From positions 124,001-188,000 of the forward strand of contig NW_020846006.1 in NCBI RefSeq assembly GCF_003704095.1: 64,000 nucleotides of DNA, in the 5' to 3' direction. The notes beneath the pieces were generated by a model. The model was not told the origin of the DNA, did not search any database, and was given only the letters and a program-made list of their open reading frames with translations. Below, piece by piece: positions 62,600 through 64,000 of this stretch; position 1 is the stretch's first letter; each line of letters starts with the position of its first letter. The position numbers were made by a program, and so were the translations under genes. The DNA comes from Pocillopora damicornis. Its lineage: Eukaryota.

Positions 62600-62958
62600 A
62601 ACAATATCGCACGCACCAATCAAATCACCGCAATAGGGTATGTGTCTCACACCAATCAGATTGCTGCATTTGTGTATTCTTCTTGCACCAGTCACATATC
62701 TGCAGTTGGATATATCGCATGACTCAGAGCGTTTAGGTTCTGCTTTCTCTCCAAAGATGTCATGAAATCAGAAATGACATTGAAAAGAAATTGTGGGCTC
62801 AATTGGTAAGTGTCGTGGCTTGTGGCCGTGAGAGCCACGTCGCTTCAGTTCGAGATAAATCGCGATTAGAAAAGTTGGCAGGTAATTTTTTTGTCATTTT
62901 TAACTAAAAACGTGTTTTGTTTACCGCTCCTTCGCTCACAACGCATCAGTCAAACAAC
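62600..62958 (+). mobile_element. Non-coding interspersed repeat with phased CCAAT units (copy 2)
   Basis: CCAAT at 62616 and 62652, CCAGT at 62688. Collinear with 12440-12850 through to the CAAACAAC end. Confidence 0.75.
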
Positions 62959-62984
62959 TTGAAGTCCATCACGTACTATGACAT

Positions 62985-64000
62985 CGTCTTCATCGTTCGT
63001 TGCGCGTCAGTAGGCACATAAAGCCGTCACATTGTCCGCCCAACTCCATCCCCCCTGTCGCGTGCCGCCTTGGCCACATTCCAGCTCTTCCACCCCGCTT
63101 TGCCTCTCTTTTGACAGTCCTTTTCCAAGTGGTCTTTGGTCTCTGGTGTCCACCCCAATGCCTTAAAACAGTCGTTCACACCCTCTTTCCTGAGTACGTG
63201 TCCTAACTAGTTCCACTTTCTTCTTCGCACCTCGCAGCTAATTTCATTGATCTCTGTCATTTCAGCTACTCTCTTGTTTGTCATTTTTTGCTGCATTCTA
63301 TTCCTCAGTATCCGTCTTAGGCACTGACATTGGAAACTATTCAGTTTTCTTTCATCGGTCTTTTTGATGATCATCGGTCAGACTAAAGTCTTGAATACGC
63401 GTATCTTACTTCTCCTTCCGATTCCTCTGGCTGCTCACACATCTTCCATAGCCTCTGGAATGCACCTCGTGCCTTCTGCATTCTGTTCCTAATANNNNNN
63501 NNNNNNNNNNNNNNNNNNNNNNNNNNNNNNNNNNNNNNNNNNNNNNNNNNNNNNNNNNNNNNNNNNNNNNNNNNNNNNNNNNNNNNNNNNNNNNATGTTT
63601 CCTAATATAAACATCTGTTGCCTGCTCTTCTCAAAGCTTCTTGTCTACACGTTCCTTGATCCGTTTTAGCAGCATCTTGCAGAATATTTTACTGATGATG
63701 GGTAGCAAAATTCGCTCCTCTCTAGTTGTTGCAGCCACGCAAATCATCTTCCTTGAATATCGTGACATTAGTCTCTTCTTCCACACCTCCGGCCACCTTT
63801 CAGTTTCCCAAAGCCTATACTTGTGGTGTATTCCATGTCAGCTCTCAGTAGGTCTGCGCCCACTTCACCTACTCCAACCGCTTTCCCTGGCTTTGTCTTC
63901 CTCAATGCTTCCTTAACTTCTTGTATTTGCCATCTTCCTACACCCATTTCCTCGATCTCCTCCAGTTCTTCTATTTCATCTTCTTCCACTGGATTTGTTG
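62985..64000 (-). mobile_element. RTE-clade non-LTR retrotransposon (LINE) ORF remnant
   Basis: EVKEALRKTKPGKAVGVGEVGADLL, PEVWKK, ISKIFCKMLLKRIKERVDKKL, RMQKARGAF, KIRVFKTLV, KLNSFQCQCLRRIL, VRRRKWN*LGHVLR. A short ATG-type tandem tail lies at the 3' end (~62985). Confidence 0.85.
63495..63594. other. Assembly gap (100 N)
   Basis: Run of N characters. Confidence 1.

Overview
This is eukaryotic, intron-rich, AT-rich animal genomic DNA. The repeat families and gene style suggest an anthozoan such as a stony coral, which is an inference. Four protein-coding genes can be reconstructed exon by exon. (1) The 3' part of NFX1 (+, 19 exons, 1..21114; NF-X1 zinc fingers and R3H domain; 5' end outside the window). 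(2) A complete SEM1/DSS1 gene (+, 3 exons, 81 aa). (3) An FMN/Cappuccino-type formin (-, FH1-FH2-FSI tail) whose N-terminal region appears missing or reduced. (4) A divergent ANTP/NKL-class homeobox gene (+, 2 exons) with an eh1 motif, a Trp-containing motif and a cluster of ETS sites in its promoter. Introns and intergenic DNA hold decayed mobile elements: Penelope-like retroelements (RT, GIY-YIG and minimal hammerhead ribozyme motifs), an RTE-like LINE, BEL/Pao gag, a Mutator transposase, an OTU-protease fragment, tRNA-derived SINEs, palindromic MITEs and an 18-bp minisatellite. The most notable items are a 201-bp palindrome of two head-to-head hammerhead modules inserted at the SEM1 3' end, the unusual formin 5' architecture, and the homeobox gene with its ETS cluster. 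There are no CRISPR arrays, rRNA or bona fide tRNA genes, and one 100-N assembly gap. All calls were made by eye without database searches.
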